From contig JAHPZH010000006.1 in the NCBI GenBank assembly GCA_019058315.1, forward strand, positions 224,001 to 288,000: a stretch of 64,000 bases of DNA. Reading direction: 5' to 3'. Source of the DNA: Candidatus Helarchaeota archaeon (GTDB taxonomy: Archaea; Asgardarchaeota; Lokiarchaeia; Helarchaeales; RDOG01). Below are positions 49,587 to 59,890 of the stretch, piece after piece. A program made the position numbers and the translations under genes. Below the pieces are notes generated by a model that was not told where the DNA came from, searched no databases, and worked only from the letters and a program-made list of their open reading frames with translations. How positions within the stretch are numbered: position 1 is the first letter of the stretch; each line of letters begins with the position of its first letter.

Positions 49587-50156
49587 TTACCTCATGAAAG
49601 AAGGTAAATGATCTGTATAAAATTTCAAATATTTTTCTAATATTGCTTTATCAGAAATCTTAAAACCCGTATTTAATTTTGTTATGAGTTCTGATTTTTT
49701 TAGAATTCCTGAAACTAATAAAATATCTGTTTTATCTTTAATTATAAATGAAGAGTTAATATTGGGATTAATTATATGATGAATTTTTGGGATTGAAGCT
49801 AAAATATCAAATGATTGAATCGTATCTTCTCCATACATTTGATTTCGTTCTGTTGTTATTATTGAAATAGTTTCTAAATAATCTAGTTTCTCAATAATCA
49901 TATTCAATATATCCAAACTTATTGATTTAGATGCAACAATCAATTCAGTTTTAGAAGAATTTATAAAATTAGTGATTAAGTCATAAATTTTTTCATCATT
50001 TGGAGTTATTGATATAGTTAGATGGAAATCTTGGCTATGGGAACTAAGAGCTTTAACTAATCTTTCCTCCAATTTTAAATTTTTTTCTCGAAGTTCTTTG
50101 ATTTTATCCTGTAAATTTTTTATCATTGTCCGATATGAATCAAAAGTTTCGGTCAT
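49587..50156 (-). CDS. Coiled coil + PLD-like fold protein lacking the HKD motif
   Basis: N-terminal heptads; INSSKTELIVAS...INSSFIIKDK..LLVSG. Confidence 0.55.
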   Translation of the reverse strand: MTETFDSYRTMIKNLQDKIKELREKNLKLEERLVKALSSHSQDFHLTISITPNDEKIYDLITNFINSSKTELIVASKSISLDILNMIIEKLDYLETISIITTERNQMYGEDTIQSFDILASIPKIHHIINPNINSSFIIKDKTDILLVSGILKKSELITKLNTGFKISDKAILEKYLKFYTDHLPSFMR

Positions 50157-50243
50157 TATAATTTCACCAAAAAATTAGTTTCTAATTATATAAATTAATT
50201 CTATATATTCTATTCAATTTTATCGGAAATAATAAGTTCAATT

Positions 50244-50624
50244 TCAACTAACTTTTGTCATTTCTTTAAATAATGTTGGGAAAATTTTTTTATATTTTTC
50301 ATCTTCAAGGTTAGAAAGTATTTGAGCGGCTCCTTTCTTCAGTATATCTTTGAATTTCATTGTTTTTTCATCCCTTCTTAATATTAATGCAACTATATAG
50401 TTTGGAACGACTATAATATTCTCCCCCATTCCACTGAAAAAACTTATAACTTTTTGGTCAGTTATCGTTAAAGATGCAAAATTTGGCTCTATATTGTTCA
50501 TTCTATGACTTGCATATATATTAGTTAATAATTTCGTAGTAATTTTTAAGTTTTTGGGATATTTTGCTACAAGGACCGCGCCAATTTCATTATCCCATTT
50601 TATAATTGCGATTCCTTTCGGCAT
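50244..50624 (-). CDS. Longin/uDENN-like single-domain protein
   Basis: MPKGIAIIKWDNEIGAVLVAKYP; paralog of the N-terminus of 53301-54419. Confidence 0.65.
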   Translation of the reverse strand: MPKGIAIIKWDNEIGAVLVAKYPKNLKITTKLLTNIYASHRMNNIEPNFASLTITDQKVISFFSGMGENIIVVPNYIVALILRRDEKTMKFKDILKKGAAQILSNLEDEKYKKIFPTLFKEMTKVS

Positions 50625-50791
50625 TTAAATCCTCATAAAGAATTTATTAAATAATATTATATGACGGTTTGATATAAAGTTTCATGATAAAAAAATTAAA
50701 CTAGATGTTAGAAATGGGTTAAAATACTTAAAAAAAGGATTTAAATAAATTACGTGTATAATATTTATTATTGCGAAATTATTATCTATAA

Positions 50792-52369
50792 TTATTCAAT
50801 TAAACTAATTTTCATTTGTGTAATTTTATATAAAATCTCTTTTTTTGCTATTTTTAATTCTTCAAATTTATTCTGATATTCTTCTTCAGAAATATTTTGG
50901 TAATTTGATTCAAGATCTGAAATTTGAGCATTAATCTTCTTTAATTGTAGTTCTAGATTCAAAATATCCTTTTTTATGTTATTTTGTTTAATTATTACTC
51001 CTATGGGTTTGGACTCACCATTTTCTTTTATTTGCTCTGGAACTTTCTTGATTTCTTTTACATTTTGATCTGATTTATTTAATAATGATGTGAGTTCATC
51101 TGATTTTACGGTTGTGGGTATTTTTACAGGAATTTCTGGTCCTAAAGGTTTGGGAGCTTTGGGTGTGGTTTTTTGTTTTATAGATTTAGGAATTTCTGGT
51201 ATAGCTCCTACTTCTTTTGGAGTAACAGGTTTAATTTGTGGTTTTAATTCTTTGTGTTCATCAATTTTGGAGGGTTTTTCAGGTTCAGCTGATAATTCTT
51301 CTTTGAGTTTTTCAGTTTCTGAAATACTAATAATTTTTGATTTTATCCATTTTGCTCTTTCTAAAAATTCATTAGCTATTTTAGAATCTCCTAATTCAAT
51401 ACAATATTTTGCGATATTTTCAAATATCATAATTGCAGTTTGAAATTCTCCATTTGTTAAAGCTTTTTCTGCATCCTCAACTAATTTATCACGATCTAAT
51501 AATGGTTTTATTAAGGGAGATACTTGTGAGGTGATTCCTAATGTCTGAGCAACTATTTCAATCATTTTTGCACGATTATCTGGGTCAACAGCAATCATAC
51601 CATGAGTTTTAGCTCCTATGAGTTTTTCAACTTCTTTCTCTGTTAATGCATCGGGAAGATCTTGTTTATTTGCAACTGCAGATAATCTAGCTGTAGGGAC
51701 ATTTTCATTAGTTAATTTTATGAAAAATCTGGATTTCTCAATATTTCTTAATGTAGAATCAGTAATAATTAAAACTGCGTCAGAATCTTTGACGAATTTT
51801 GGCCATAGAAATGAAAATTGTTCTTGACCTGCGAAATCCCATAAATTAAAATGTAATTTGCCAATTTTCACCGTATAAATATCACCAGTCATGGTTGGAT
51901 TATGCACTTTCGGAATTTCATCCGCTCTAATTAATTTTGTAATTGTAGTCTTTCCTACTCCACTAAACCCTAACAAAGCAATTTTTGGTCTTAGATCCTT
52001 ATGTATAAGATCTGAAATAGGATTTAAAGAGTCAAATACAGATGGATCATTTGCAGATTCAACAACTTTTTTAGAAAATAAATCTTGAAATTCCTCTTTT
52101 AATCTATCTAATTGTTTTTTAATTAATTTATCATTATCTGTAAGATCAGTAACAAACACAAATAATAAGTTCATTTCTCTAGTAGAAGTATATGAAACTT
52201 TAAATCGCATAAGGTCAGGTAAAACTCCTTCAAATACCTCCGGACTTGATTCAATTGAACTGCTAAAAGAAAATAAAATGGGTGCCAAGGTTTCCCAAGG
52301 AATGGCGTCTCCAAATTGCCTCCAATATATGAGATCTGTACCCCTAAGGATATGAATTTCTCTCAACAT
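50792..52369 (-). CDS. Longin-like domain + Arf/Rab-type small GTPase + Pro-rich linker + coiled coil
   Basis: GFSGVGKTT, PTM, WDFAGQEQF, ANKQDLPDA. Confidence 0.88.
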   Translation of the reverse strand: MLREIHILRGTDLIYWRQFGDAIPWETLAPILFSFSSSIESSPEVFEGVLPDLMRFKVSYTSTREMNLLFVFVTDLTDNDKLIKKQLDRLKEEFQDLFSKKVVESANDPSVFDSLNPISDLIHKDLRPKIALLGFSGVGKTTITKLIRADEIPKVHNPTMTGDIYTVKIGKLHFNLWDFAGQEQFSFLWPKFVKDSDAVLIITDSTLRNIEKSRFFIKLTNENVPTARLSAVANKQDLPDALTEKEVEKLIGAKTHGMIAVDPDNRAKMIEIVAQTLGITSQVSPLIKPLLDRDKLVEDAEKALTNGEFQTAIMIFENIAKYCIELGDSKIANEFLERAKWIKSKIISISETEKLKEELSAEPEKPSKIDEHKELKPQIKPVTPKEVGAIPEIPKSIKQKTTPKAPKPLGPEIPVKIPTTVKSDELTSLLNKSDQNVKEIKKVPEQIKENGESKPIGVIIKQNNIKKDILNLELQLKKINAQISDLESNYQNISEEEYQNKFEELKIAKKEILYKITQMKISLIE

Positions 52370-52486
52370 TGTTGTAAATCAAGTCCATTTCATTTTAGCA
52401 TTATCTCATATTCTGATTAATTTAACCTTTCCATACATTTATATCTTTCAAATTTCATTTATGATTTATATTTATCAATTTGAGTC

Positions 52487-52987
52487 CTACGAAATATATT
52501 CAATCAATTTTTTTATGTTCCCGAATTTTGGAGGTTGTATTATATCTAAATATTCCTCTAACTTTTTAATTTTTTCATTTAGACCTTTTAAATGATATTT
52601 ATCTGATTTAATTTTGCTGTAAAAGAACTCTTCAACCTTTTCAGTTAATTTATTCAATTTATTTAAAATTGAAGATAGATCTTGTTTTGAATCTATAAGT
52701 GTAAGAATGTAATTTTCAGTCTTAAGTATAGAAAATATAATTTTATAATCCATATAATCAAAAATTATTTGATTTAAATTCTTTGAAACCGAACTACTTT
52801 CAAAATCTTTACTAATTATGCCCTTTCCTTTGAGAAAGTCAAGGATAAACATATTTTCTGAAGTAGTTTTTTCTAAAGAAACTAAAACCATCCCATTCTG
52901 ATCAATAATTAAAATATTTTTTATTGAAATTTTTGTTGAAAAATTTTCAATTAAATTACTTAAGACATTTTTTGATTTATCTACCAT
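52487..52987 (-). CDS. Roadblock/LC7-like domain protein
   Basis: IKNILIIDQNGMVLVS...YILTLIDSK pattern. Confidence 0.6.
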   Translation of the reverse strand: MVDKSKNVLSNLIENFSTKISIKNILIIDQNGMVLVSLEKTTSENMFILDFLKGKGIISKDFESSSVSKNLNQIIFDYMDYKIIFSILKTENYILTLIDSKQDLSSILNKLNKLTEKVEEFFYSKIKSDKYHLKGLNEKIKKLEEYLDIIQPPKFGNIKKLIEYIS

Positions 52988-53300
52988 AAATTTTCCCTAA
53001 TTATAATTTAATTTTTAACCAAAATGCTCATAAACTTCATTTATGTTTTAATTTTTCTAATTCTGCTAATATAATTTTATTTAATTAGATATATGATTTC
53101 TTATGTTAGCAAAATCATTTTCATAATGAAATTCGTTACATAAATATTTTCGTATTAAAAATGTTTGATAACAAATCAAATTTGACTTGGATAATTTAAA
53201 AGGAATGCTTGATTAAAGACTTTAACTGGAATAAAAACAGTTGAGTTATATTAAGAAATTAAATTAATAAATATTAAATTAAAAACAAGGAGGAATAAAT

Positions 53301-54419
53301 ATTCCGATAGGACTTGTTGTTTTTACATGGGACGACAGAATTGGAGCAGAAGTAAAAGCAAAAATTCCAGAAGAACTACAAATACCTGAACAAACTTTAA
53401 AGCAAATCTATTCTTCTCATTTTCTTGAAGAAACTGGTGGTTTTCTATCTTTAATAATTGGAGCATTAAATGTAGCAAGTTATTATACAGGTTCAGATCT
53501 CAGCTACTTTGTATCCTTATTATTGAGTATAGAGGAAGACCCCGATGATTATGAAGACGCAATAATTGATACTGCAAGACATATTATTACCAATTTGGCG
53601 AGTGACCGATATATTGAATTATTACCGAATATGTATGACCGTATATCATTATATCCGAGCTTTGAAGATGAACAAAAAATTGCTCTTGCCTACACAGACG
53701 AAGTAAAAAGACTTATTATAAATAGATTGGTTGAAGATGGTAACGCAACAAAAAATGACCTTTTAAATTGGCTAAAAGAAAAATTAGAAATTGAATACCT
53801 TGATATTGATGGTATTCTTAATTCTTTGGTCAAATTAGGATTAATTAAAATAGCTTCAGTGAAAGGATTACCTAGTGAATCCGTATTTCTAACTAATGAC
53901 GTATTTATAACTCGAACACCACCTGTAAATATAATAAAACAAGCTAAGGGTAAAAGAATTAGTGAAACTATGGGAACGGAGTATCTATCTAATGTGAAAG
54001 CATATTTTGAAAGATACAAACCAAATTTGGACGATGAAAAAACTATTTCGGATATTATAGCAGATACAGATACTTATACAATCTTGAATTTACTAAGATT
54101 ATCTCCAGTTACTCGTAGAGGATTAGATAAAGTTAAAAAGAAAGTCAAAGATCTTGATAAAGCTTTGAAAAAAATATGGTCTGGGGGAATAATTCAAGTT
54201 TTGAAGGATAAATCTGGTGAGGAATATTATTTCCTAAAAACAGATATTCGGATAGAAAAGTTCTATCCCGAATATTTAATTGATTTAATCCGCACAAGCT
54301 TTAATAATCGGACCGTAGCTAATCCAGTATTAATAGAACATCTCAGAAATCTTAAGGATATCTATGAATCGCAGCACGGAAAGGGAAAAAAGAAGAAGAA
54401 GGAGGAAAAGGGTGATTAA
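53301..54419 (+). CDS. Longin/uDENN-like + winged-helix protein, 372 aa, probable ATT start
   Basis: Frame open from 53283; GGAGGA at 53289-94; ATT CCG ATA GGA gives (M)PIGLVVFTWDDRIG, aligning from residue 1 with paralog MPKGIAIIKWDNEIG. Confidence 0.75.
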   Translation: MPIGLVVFTWDDRIGAEVKAKIPEELQIPEQTLKQIYSSHFLEETGGFLSLIIGALNVASYYTGSDLSYFVSLLLSIEEDPDDYEDAIIDTARHIITNLASDRYIELLPNMYDRISLYPSFEDEQKIALAYTDEVKRLIINRLVEDGNATKNDLLNWLKEKLEIEYLDIDGILNSLVKLGLIKIASVKGLPSESVFLTNDVFITRTPPVNIIKQAKGKRISETMGTEYLSNVKAYFERYKPNLDDEKTISDIIADTDTYTILNLLRLSPVTRRGLDKVKKKVKDLDKALKKIWSGGIIQVLKDKSGEEYYFLKTDIRIEKFYPEYLIDLIRTSFNNRTVANPVLIEHLRNLKDIYESQHGKGKKKKKEEKGD

Positions 54420-54421
54420 CA

Positions 54422-57400
54422 ATGGTAAAAAATTCCTATTTTAAAAAAGGATTTAAAATTTGCCTTTTAGTACTTTTTGTTTCAAGTATATTGGTTGGAA
54501 TCATTAATTACCAAAATGGCTTAAATTCCTTAATAACTCCCTTATCACAGCAACTAAAAGATACTAACAGCGATGATTTATCCTTGGACTCAAAAGCAGA
54601 AGCATCCAGCTGGTGGAACACCTCTTGGAGATATAGAATCCAAATAAATATTACAGAACCGAACATTGCAAGTAGAAATAATGAACCAGTAAGTGTTTGG
54701 TTAAATTTTACTGATTTATCACCTATAAAAGTATCTCGTTGTGCAAATGATAGCATTCGTGTTCTTGAATATTCAATGGATACTTGGACTTTAATAAACA
54801 GTCAAGTTTGGAATACCACTTATATAAATGGTAACATTTCAACTGCAACAATTACCTTTTCAGCAGATGTTTCAATTGGTGAAACAAAAACATATTATGT
54901 ATATTATAATGAGACAGGTGAAACAATTAATTATGCAACAAATCTCATCAATGTATATTCTGAAGCGTTGAATAATGCATATATTTCAAATGGCGTTTTT
55001 GAAATTATGATTTCTAATAATACTGGAGTTTTTAATCTATCATATGATTCAGGAACAGTCCGTAATTATCATTTCAATCAATCCCTCTCACCGTTAGGAC
55101 CTACATACAATTACCATTATGGAACTGAATATTTTTATGCATATAGTACTGAATGGGTAGAAATATGTGCTTTTGAACCTGGAACAAAGGTCAGTTTATT
55201 GGATTCATCAGGAATTGAAGTTGCAAATAATACTCTGAATCAATATGAATTATGGAAATATCCCTATACTGGAACTTTAAGTGCTGGCTTATATCAAGTT
55301 ATATCAAACAATCCAGTTTCAATAATCGTTACAAGTTGTACCTCCCAATCAGGAACAAGCGATGACGAAGTCTGGGCTGCATATGATACAAAAATTCTTG
55401 GAAGAATAAATAAACACTTATGGATTACTGCTTTTGAAAATGATACTTATGTAACAGTAACTGATACAAATTCCTCTATTCAAGTATTAAATCTCCATCT
55501 CAATGAAACAGATCATATTTATAATGCAACTGTTTCTGCTGCAAACATTAATGAGGTATATCTGATTGAGTCAAATCATCCAGTTTCAGTTGTAGCAGGA
55601 GTTGCGAATGATGGTATGTTTACTGGTATTTATGGGAAAAATCAAATGGAATTCGTTTTTCCAGCGTTTAGAACTTGGGGTGTTTATGCCGAAGAAGGAC
55701 CAGCATTAGTAAAATGGAATAGTGACAAGACAGGGTCTGGATCAAGAACACTAGGTGAAGGTGAATTCTATGAAGTTGATTCTGGTAATAATAACCAAGG
55801 TGATATATGGGTCCAACTCAATTCTACAAAACCCGTCAGGATATTTACTAGAGATTATGGAGATACAGGTACAGCTGTAGCTTCTTTAAATCCAACTGGT
55901 AAGCTCTTTTACGTATGTGATCCAGGTGGTGGTACAATTCGAATGACTGCACTAGAAGATGGTACAACAATAACTTATAATCAAAGTTCACCAAGTGGAA
56001 CTTATAGAATAATAAATTTAGATAAAGGAGGAACTTATACACAGACTATTTCGGGAGCAGGATCAAAAATAATTTCAGATAAACCAATTTTTGTTCAATA
56101 TTGGGATAATGGGAACCCACAAAGCACTTCGATGTATATTCCTCAAGAGACTCAATATCCACGAATTACTGATATTGAATTAATCGAAAATGATTCGGTT
56201 TTTGTGAAATACCGCATAGATTGGGAAGGTCTTGGAGGTATGAATACCACTGATTATCTAACTGTATACGCAGACTATGAATTATTCCAATTAGAAAGAA
56301 ATATATGGTTTAATGACGCCTATACTAACCCTTCTTTCCGTATAATAGATACATACATTAATGGAAGTCAATTTGACCAATATATACATGATGATATGAG
56401 TTTTCTATCCTTAGAAGATCCTAACTTTAGTGCTGAAAATTATACAGTGGTTTATGATTCAACTAATGATAATAATCATATGACTTTAGGGATTTTTCTA
56501 AGTAATTACTATGCAAATGGAGCAGTGACTCTTAATTCTGTAGATTTAAGCGCAGACTATCATGATGGAATTGTACATTTAATTTCTGGTAATCAGACGG
56601 ATATGCAAACACCTAATAATCCGACATCAAATGATTTTGCATGTTTTACATTATGGGAATATGTTCAAGATGGTATAACAGATTTAAATACGATATATGA
56701 AACTAATGAAAAAATTTTCAATCCATTACAAATTTCAGGAACAGGAAATGAAAGTAGTCGCTTTTTCAACTTAATTATTACTCTAAAAGATATTGATAAC
56801 CTTCCAGCAGCCAATTTAAAAGTAGTTGTAAATAAAACTGATGCAAGTATACTTACAAAATACACTGATTATACGAATATCGGAGGAACAGTAACATTTT
56901 CTCGTTTAGAAGATGGTGAATACTCTATAAACGTGACATATGTAGATGCAGATTTTGGAAAAGAATTAAATTTAAACTACACTCCTCAAATATTTCTAAA
57001 CTCTGCAAATACTACGCCTGAAGGAAATTATATTTTAAATATTGAAAATCTATTCATTACGCATTTTGATATTACCTTTGTAAGTTCCCCAGCTTTAGAA
57101 CCTATAGACGGAGCAAATATAACATTTTTTGAAACAAATGGTACCCACTATACCCCAATAGGCTCAAAGATTTCACAAAATGGATTTATTTCACTATATT
57201 GGGCAAACACAACCGGAGTCAATTGGAATTATACTCTTAACTTGACATTTTATGGAACTGGACGCTTAATCCGACTTAACAAGACACCATCAGATCCTTG
57301 GGATAGTAATTATAACTTTTCATTGGCTCAATATACATCTAGTGCTATTGAGGTGAGTTTACAGGACTTTTCGACTGAATTATTAAACCTTACCCCAAAA

Positions 57401-59071
57401 TCACAAAAAGTTACATATGGTGAGAATCTAACATTCGGTGTAAGATATAATTATACACTTTTACCAACAGATAACAACACAGGAATCTCAGGAGCATCTT
57501 TTGACTTGCAGTTATCTTACGAAGGAAATATTGTAGATACTTCATCTCTAGTATTTATAGAAGAAGCTCCTGGCCCTCCGGGAAATTATACACTTACTTT
57601 TAATAGTAGTGAACTTGGACTTTTAGCAGAAAAAACATATATATTTCTTGTGGAGGCTTCAAAAGCAGGCTTCGAACCAAAAACTTTTGTCTTCACTTTT
57701 GAAGTAGATGCTATTCAAACGAATATTTCAGTTACATTAAATTCTTCGGTGCACTGGGGGCAAAATTTAACCATAATCGTTAAATATACGGATAACAATA
57801 CTAATGACATACCTAATGCAACAATTACTTATACTTGGGGTACACAAACTGAAGAATTAACAATGGATGACACAATACCAACAGATATCTTTTACTGGGT
57901 TAAAATAAATACTTCAATTAGCTTTCCTGGATATCAATTGATCGATATTTCGGCATCAAAATCAAATTACGAAACTAAAGGTACAACAGAATCATTCAAT
58001 TTATTAGAACGAGAAACTAAGCTAAATAACTCAGATGATATATTCAAAGAGATTATCATATATGCCAATGACGCACATAATTTCACTTTTAATTATACAG
58101 ATGTACTTAAAGCAGGTAAATTAATACCCGATGCTGTAGCCACGTATCAATGGAATGGGACCATTTATGATATGGATAATTTAGGAAATGGTTATTATGT
58201 TCTAGATTTTGATACTGAGACAAGAGCTGTTGGTAAATATGTAATTGAAGTCAATATAAAACGTACCAATTATTCTCAACCCACAATGATACTATTCTTA
58301 AATATTCAAAAGAGACCAGTAATAATTACAGTAATGCCTCCGGTTTTAACACTACCTCAAAAAACGACAACTATGATTTTAATTTCGTTAGAAGATGATG
58401 CTACAGGAAATGCACTGTCTAACTTAAAATTATCTTATACAATTGATGCTATACCTATGGGTGTCTTAAGTAGTCAGGGAGATGGAAGTTATGTGCTTCC
58501 TATCGCTACTGAATCATTATCTGTAGGTGGACATCTTATTCTCATTTCAATGGAACATGACAATTATACTATGCCTGTTGCAGCTGTCAGTTTAACAATA
58601 ACATATGAACAAATTTTTGGATTAGATGCTCCAATTTTCTATACAATATTGATTGCCGCAGCTGTTGCTATCGCTGCGGTTTCAATTTATGCGGCAATAA
58701 AATCAGCTAGAATCCCATATATAATTAAAAAAATCGACGAAACAATTAAAACTATTGACAAAGGAAAAGGTGAAATTAATGTTCCTGTGATGAAATCTAA
58801 GGAACAAATTTTCATGGAGAAGTTTGGTGCCGATTGGGAATCATTAGGATTAGAAACCCCAATAAAACCAATAAAAGTCAAAGATGTAGCAATGGAGGAA
58901 TTTAAAGATCTCTTAAGTAGCATGAAAGGCGTCAAAATGACAATTAAAGAAATGGAAAATCTCAAATCAAAGTTAAGCAAAGCTACTAAAGAAGAAGCAA
59001 TGAAACTACTTGAATCTATGGGCATACCACCAGATGCTAGTGAAAGGTTATTTGATTTAGCGAAGAAATAA
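54422..59071 (+). CDS. Large membrane-anchored cell-surface glycoprotein (DUF2341-like, IgGFc-binding-like and Ig-like repeats, TM helix, cytoplasmic tail)
   Basis: Signal/TM N-terminus, WWNTSWRYRIQI, many NxS/T sequons, TM (IFYTILIAAAVAIAAVSIYAAI), about 120-aa charged tail. Confidence 0.75.
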   Translation: MVKNSYFKKGFKICLLVLFVSSILVGIINYQNGLNSLITPLSQQLKDTNSDDLSLDSKAEASSWWNTSWRYRIQINITEPNIASRNNEPVSVWLNFTDLSPIKVSRCANDSIRVLEYSMDTWTLINSQVWNTTYINGNISTATITFSADVSIGETKTYYVYYNETGETINYATNLINVYSEALNNAYISNGVFEIMISNNTGVFNLSYDSGTVRNYHFNQSLSPLGPTYNYHYGTEYFYAYSTEWVEICAFEPGTKVSLLDSSGIEVANNTLNQYELWKYPYTGTLSAGLYQVISNNPVSIIVTSCTSQSGTSDDEVWAAYDTKILGRINKHLWITAFENDTYVTVTDTNSSIQVLNLHLNETDHIYNATVSAANINEVYLIESNHPVSVVAGVANDGMFTGIYGKNQMEFVFPAFRTWGVYAEEGPALVKWNSDKTGSGSRTLGEGEFYEVDSGNNNQGDIWVQLNSTKPVRIFTRDYGDTGTAVASLNPTGKLFYVCDPGGGTIRMTALEDGTTITYNQSSPSGTYRIINLDKGGTYTQTISGAGSKIISDKPIFVQYWDNGNPQSTSMYIPQETQYPRITDIELIENDSVFVKYRIDWEGLGGMNTTDYLTVYADYELFQLERNIWFNDAYTNPSFRIIDTYINGSQFDQYIHDDMSFLSLEDPNFSAENYTVVYDSTNDNNHMTLGIFLSNYYANGAVTLNSVDLSADYHDGIVHLISGNQTDMQTPNNPTSNDFACFTLWEYVQDGITDLNTIYETNEKIFNPLQISGTGNESSRFFNLIITLKDIDNLPAANLKVVVNKTDASILTKYTDYTNIGGTVTFSRLEDGEYSINVTYVDADFGKELNLNYTPQIFLNSANTTPEGNYILNIENLFITHFDITFVSSPALEPIDGANITFFETNGTHYTPIGSKISQNGFISLYWANTTGVNWNYTLNLTFYGTGRLIRLNKTPSDPWDSNYNFSLAQYTSSAIEVSLQDFSTELLNLTPKSQKVTYGENLTFGVRYNYTLLPTDNNTGISGASFDLQLSYEGNIVDTSSLVFIEEAPGPPGNYTLTFNSSELGLLAEKTYIFLVEASKAGFEPKTFVFTFEVDAIQTNISVTLNSSVHWGQNLTIIVKYTDNNTNDIPNATITYTWGTQTEELTMDDTIPTDIFYWVKINTSISFPGYQLIDISASKSNYETKGTTESFNLLERETKLNNSDDIFKEIIIYANDAHNFTFNYTDVLKAGKLIPDAVATYQWNGTIYDMDNLGNGYYVLDFDTETRAVGKYVIEVNIKRTNYSQPTMILFLNIQKRPVIITVMPPVLTLPQKTTTMILISLEDDATGNALSNLKLSYTIDAIPMGVLSSQGDGSYVLPIATESLSVGGHLILISMEHDNYTMPVAAVSLTITYEQIFGLDAPIFYTILIAAAVAIAAVSIYAAIKSARIPYIIKKIDETIKTIDKGKGEINVPVMKSKEQIFMEKFGADWESLGLETPIKPIKVKDVAMEEFKDLLSSMKGVKMTIKEMENLKSKLSKATKEEAMKLLESMGIPPDASERLFDLAKK

Positions 59072-59140
59072 ATCTTTAATCTAAAATCCTTTTTTTTTAT
59101 TTTCTCAATCTCAGAAATTTGATAATTTTTTAAATCAATT

Positions 59141-59776
59141 CTAATTTTTATCTTCTTTTTTTATTAATTCAGCAAATTCTTTGATAGCATTTTCTGCATA
59201 TTGAGAAATACGATAATCCTCATCTGTTTTAAAAAGAGATATATAAATTTGTAAAAATTGGTTAATTTTTGTAGAATCATCTTTTAACATCAATGTAAGC
59301 GATTCGAGAGCAGCCATACGAACTTCATAGTCTAGATCTTTACATTGATTTGACAGAAAAACAAGAATTTGATCATTATCTTTTACTTTTAATCCAATTT
59401 TACCTAAAGTTTTAAGAGCATCTACACGAACAGACCAATGTTTATCCTTAGTCGCTTTTTGTTTTATTTGACTTATAGAATCCTTTTTTAAGACTTTTTC
59501 AATAAATAATTCTGCTATATCACCAATTAGTTTAACGATATTTCGACGTACGATCCAATTTTCACTGTTTAAATACTGTATTAATATTTCAAAAAGATCG
59601 TCGGGAAAGGGAAGATTTTTTTCTTTAATTTTATTAAAAATAGGTGTTAGAGAAGAAATAGCTTCACTTCTCTCCTCATCATCTTTATCTTGAATTATTT
59701 GAATAACATAATCTGTAATTTTTTGGATTTTTTCTTGTTTAACCATTTTTAAAATTTTTTTCTCAATCTTCCTCAT
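59141..59776 (-). CDS. HEAT-repeat protein
   Basis: NWIVRRN, HWSVRVDA, DYEVRMAA. Confidence 0.85.
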   Translation of the reverse strand: MRKIEKKILKMVKQEKIQKITDYVIQIIQDKDDEERSEAISSLTPIFNKIKEKNLPFPDDLFEILIQYLNSENWIVRRNIVKLIGDIAELFIEKVLKKDSISQIKQKATKDKHWSVRVDALKTLGKIGLKVKDNDQILVFLSNQCKDLDYEVRMAALESLTLMLKDDSTKINQFLQIYISLFKTDEDYRISQYAENAIKEFAELIKKEDKN

Positions 59777-59890
59777 TTTCTACCAACATATATTTAATTA
59801 AAATAAAATTTCTTAAATTGAATAATACACGATTTTAAATATATTTGAGCAATTGGATTTATTACTAAAGAAAAATGAAATGATCATTAA

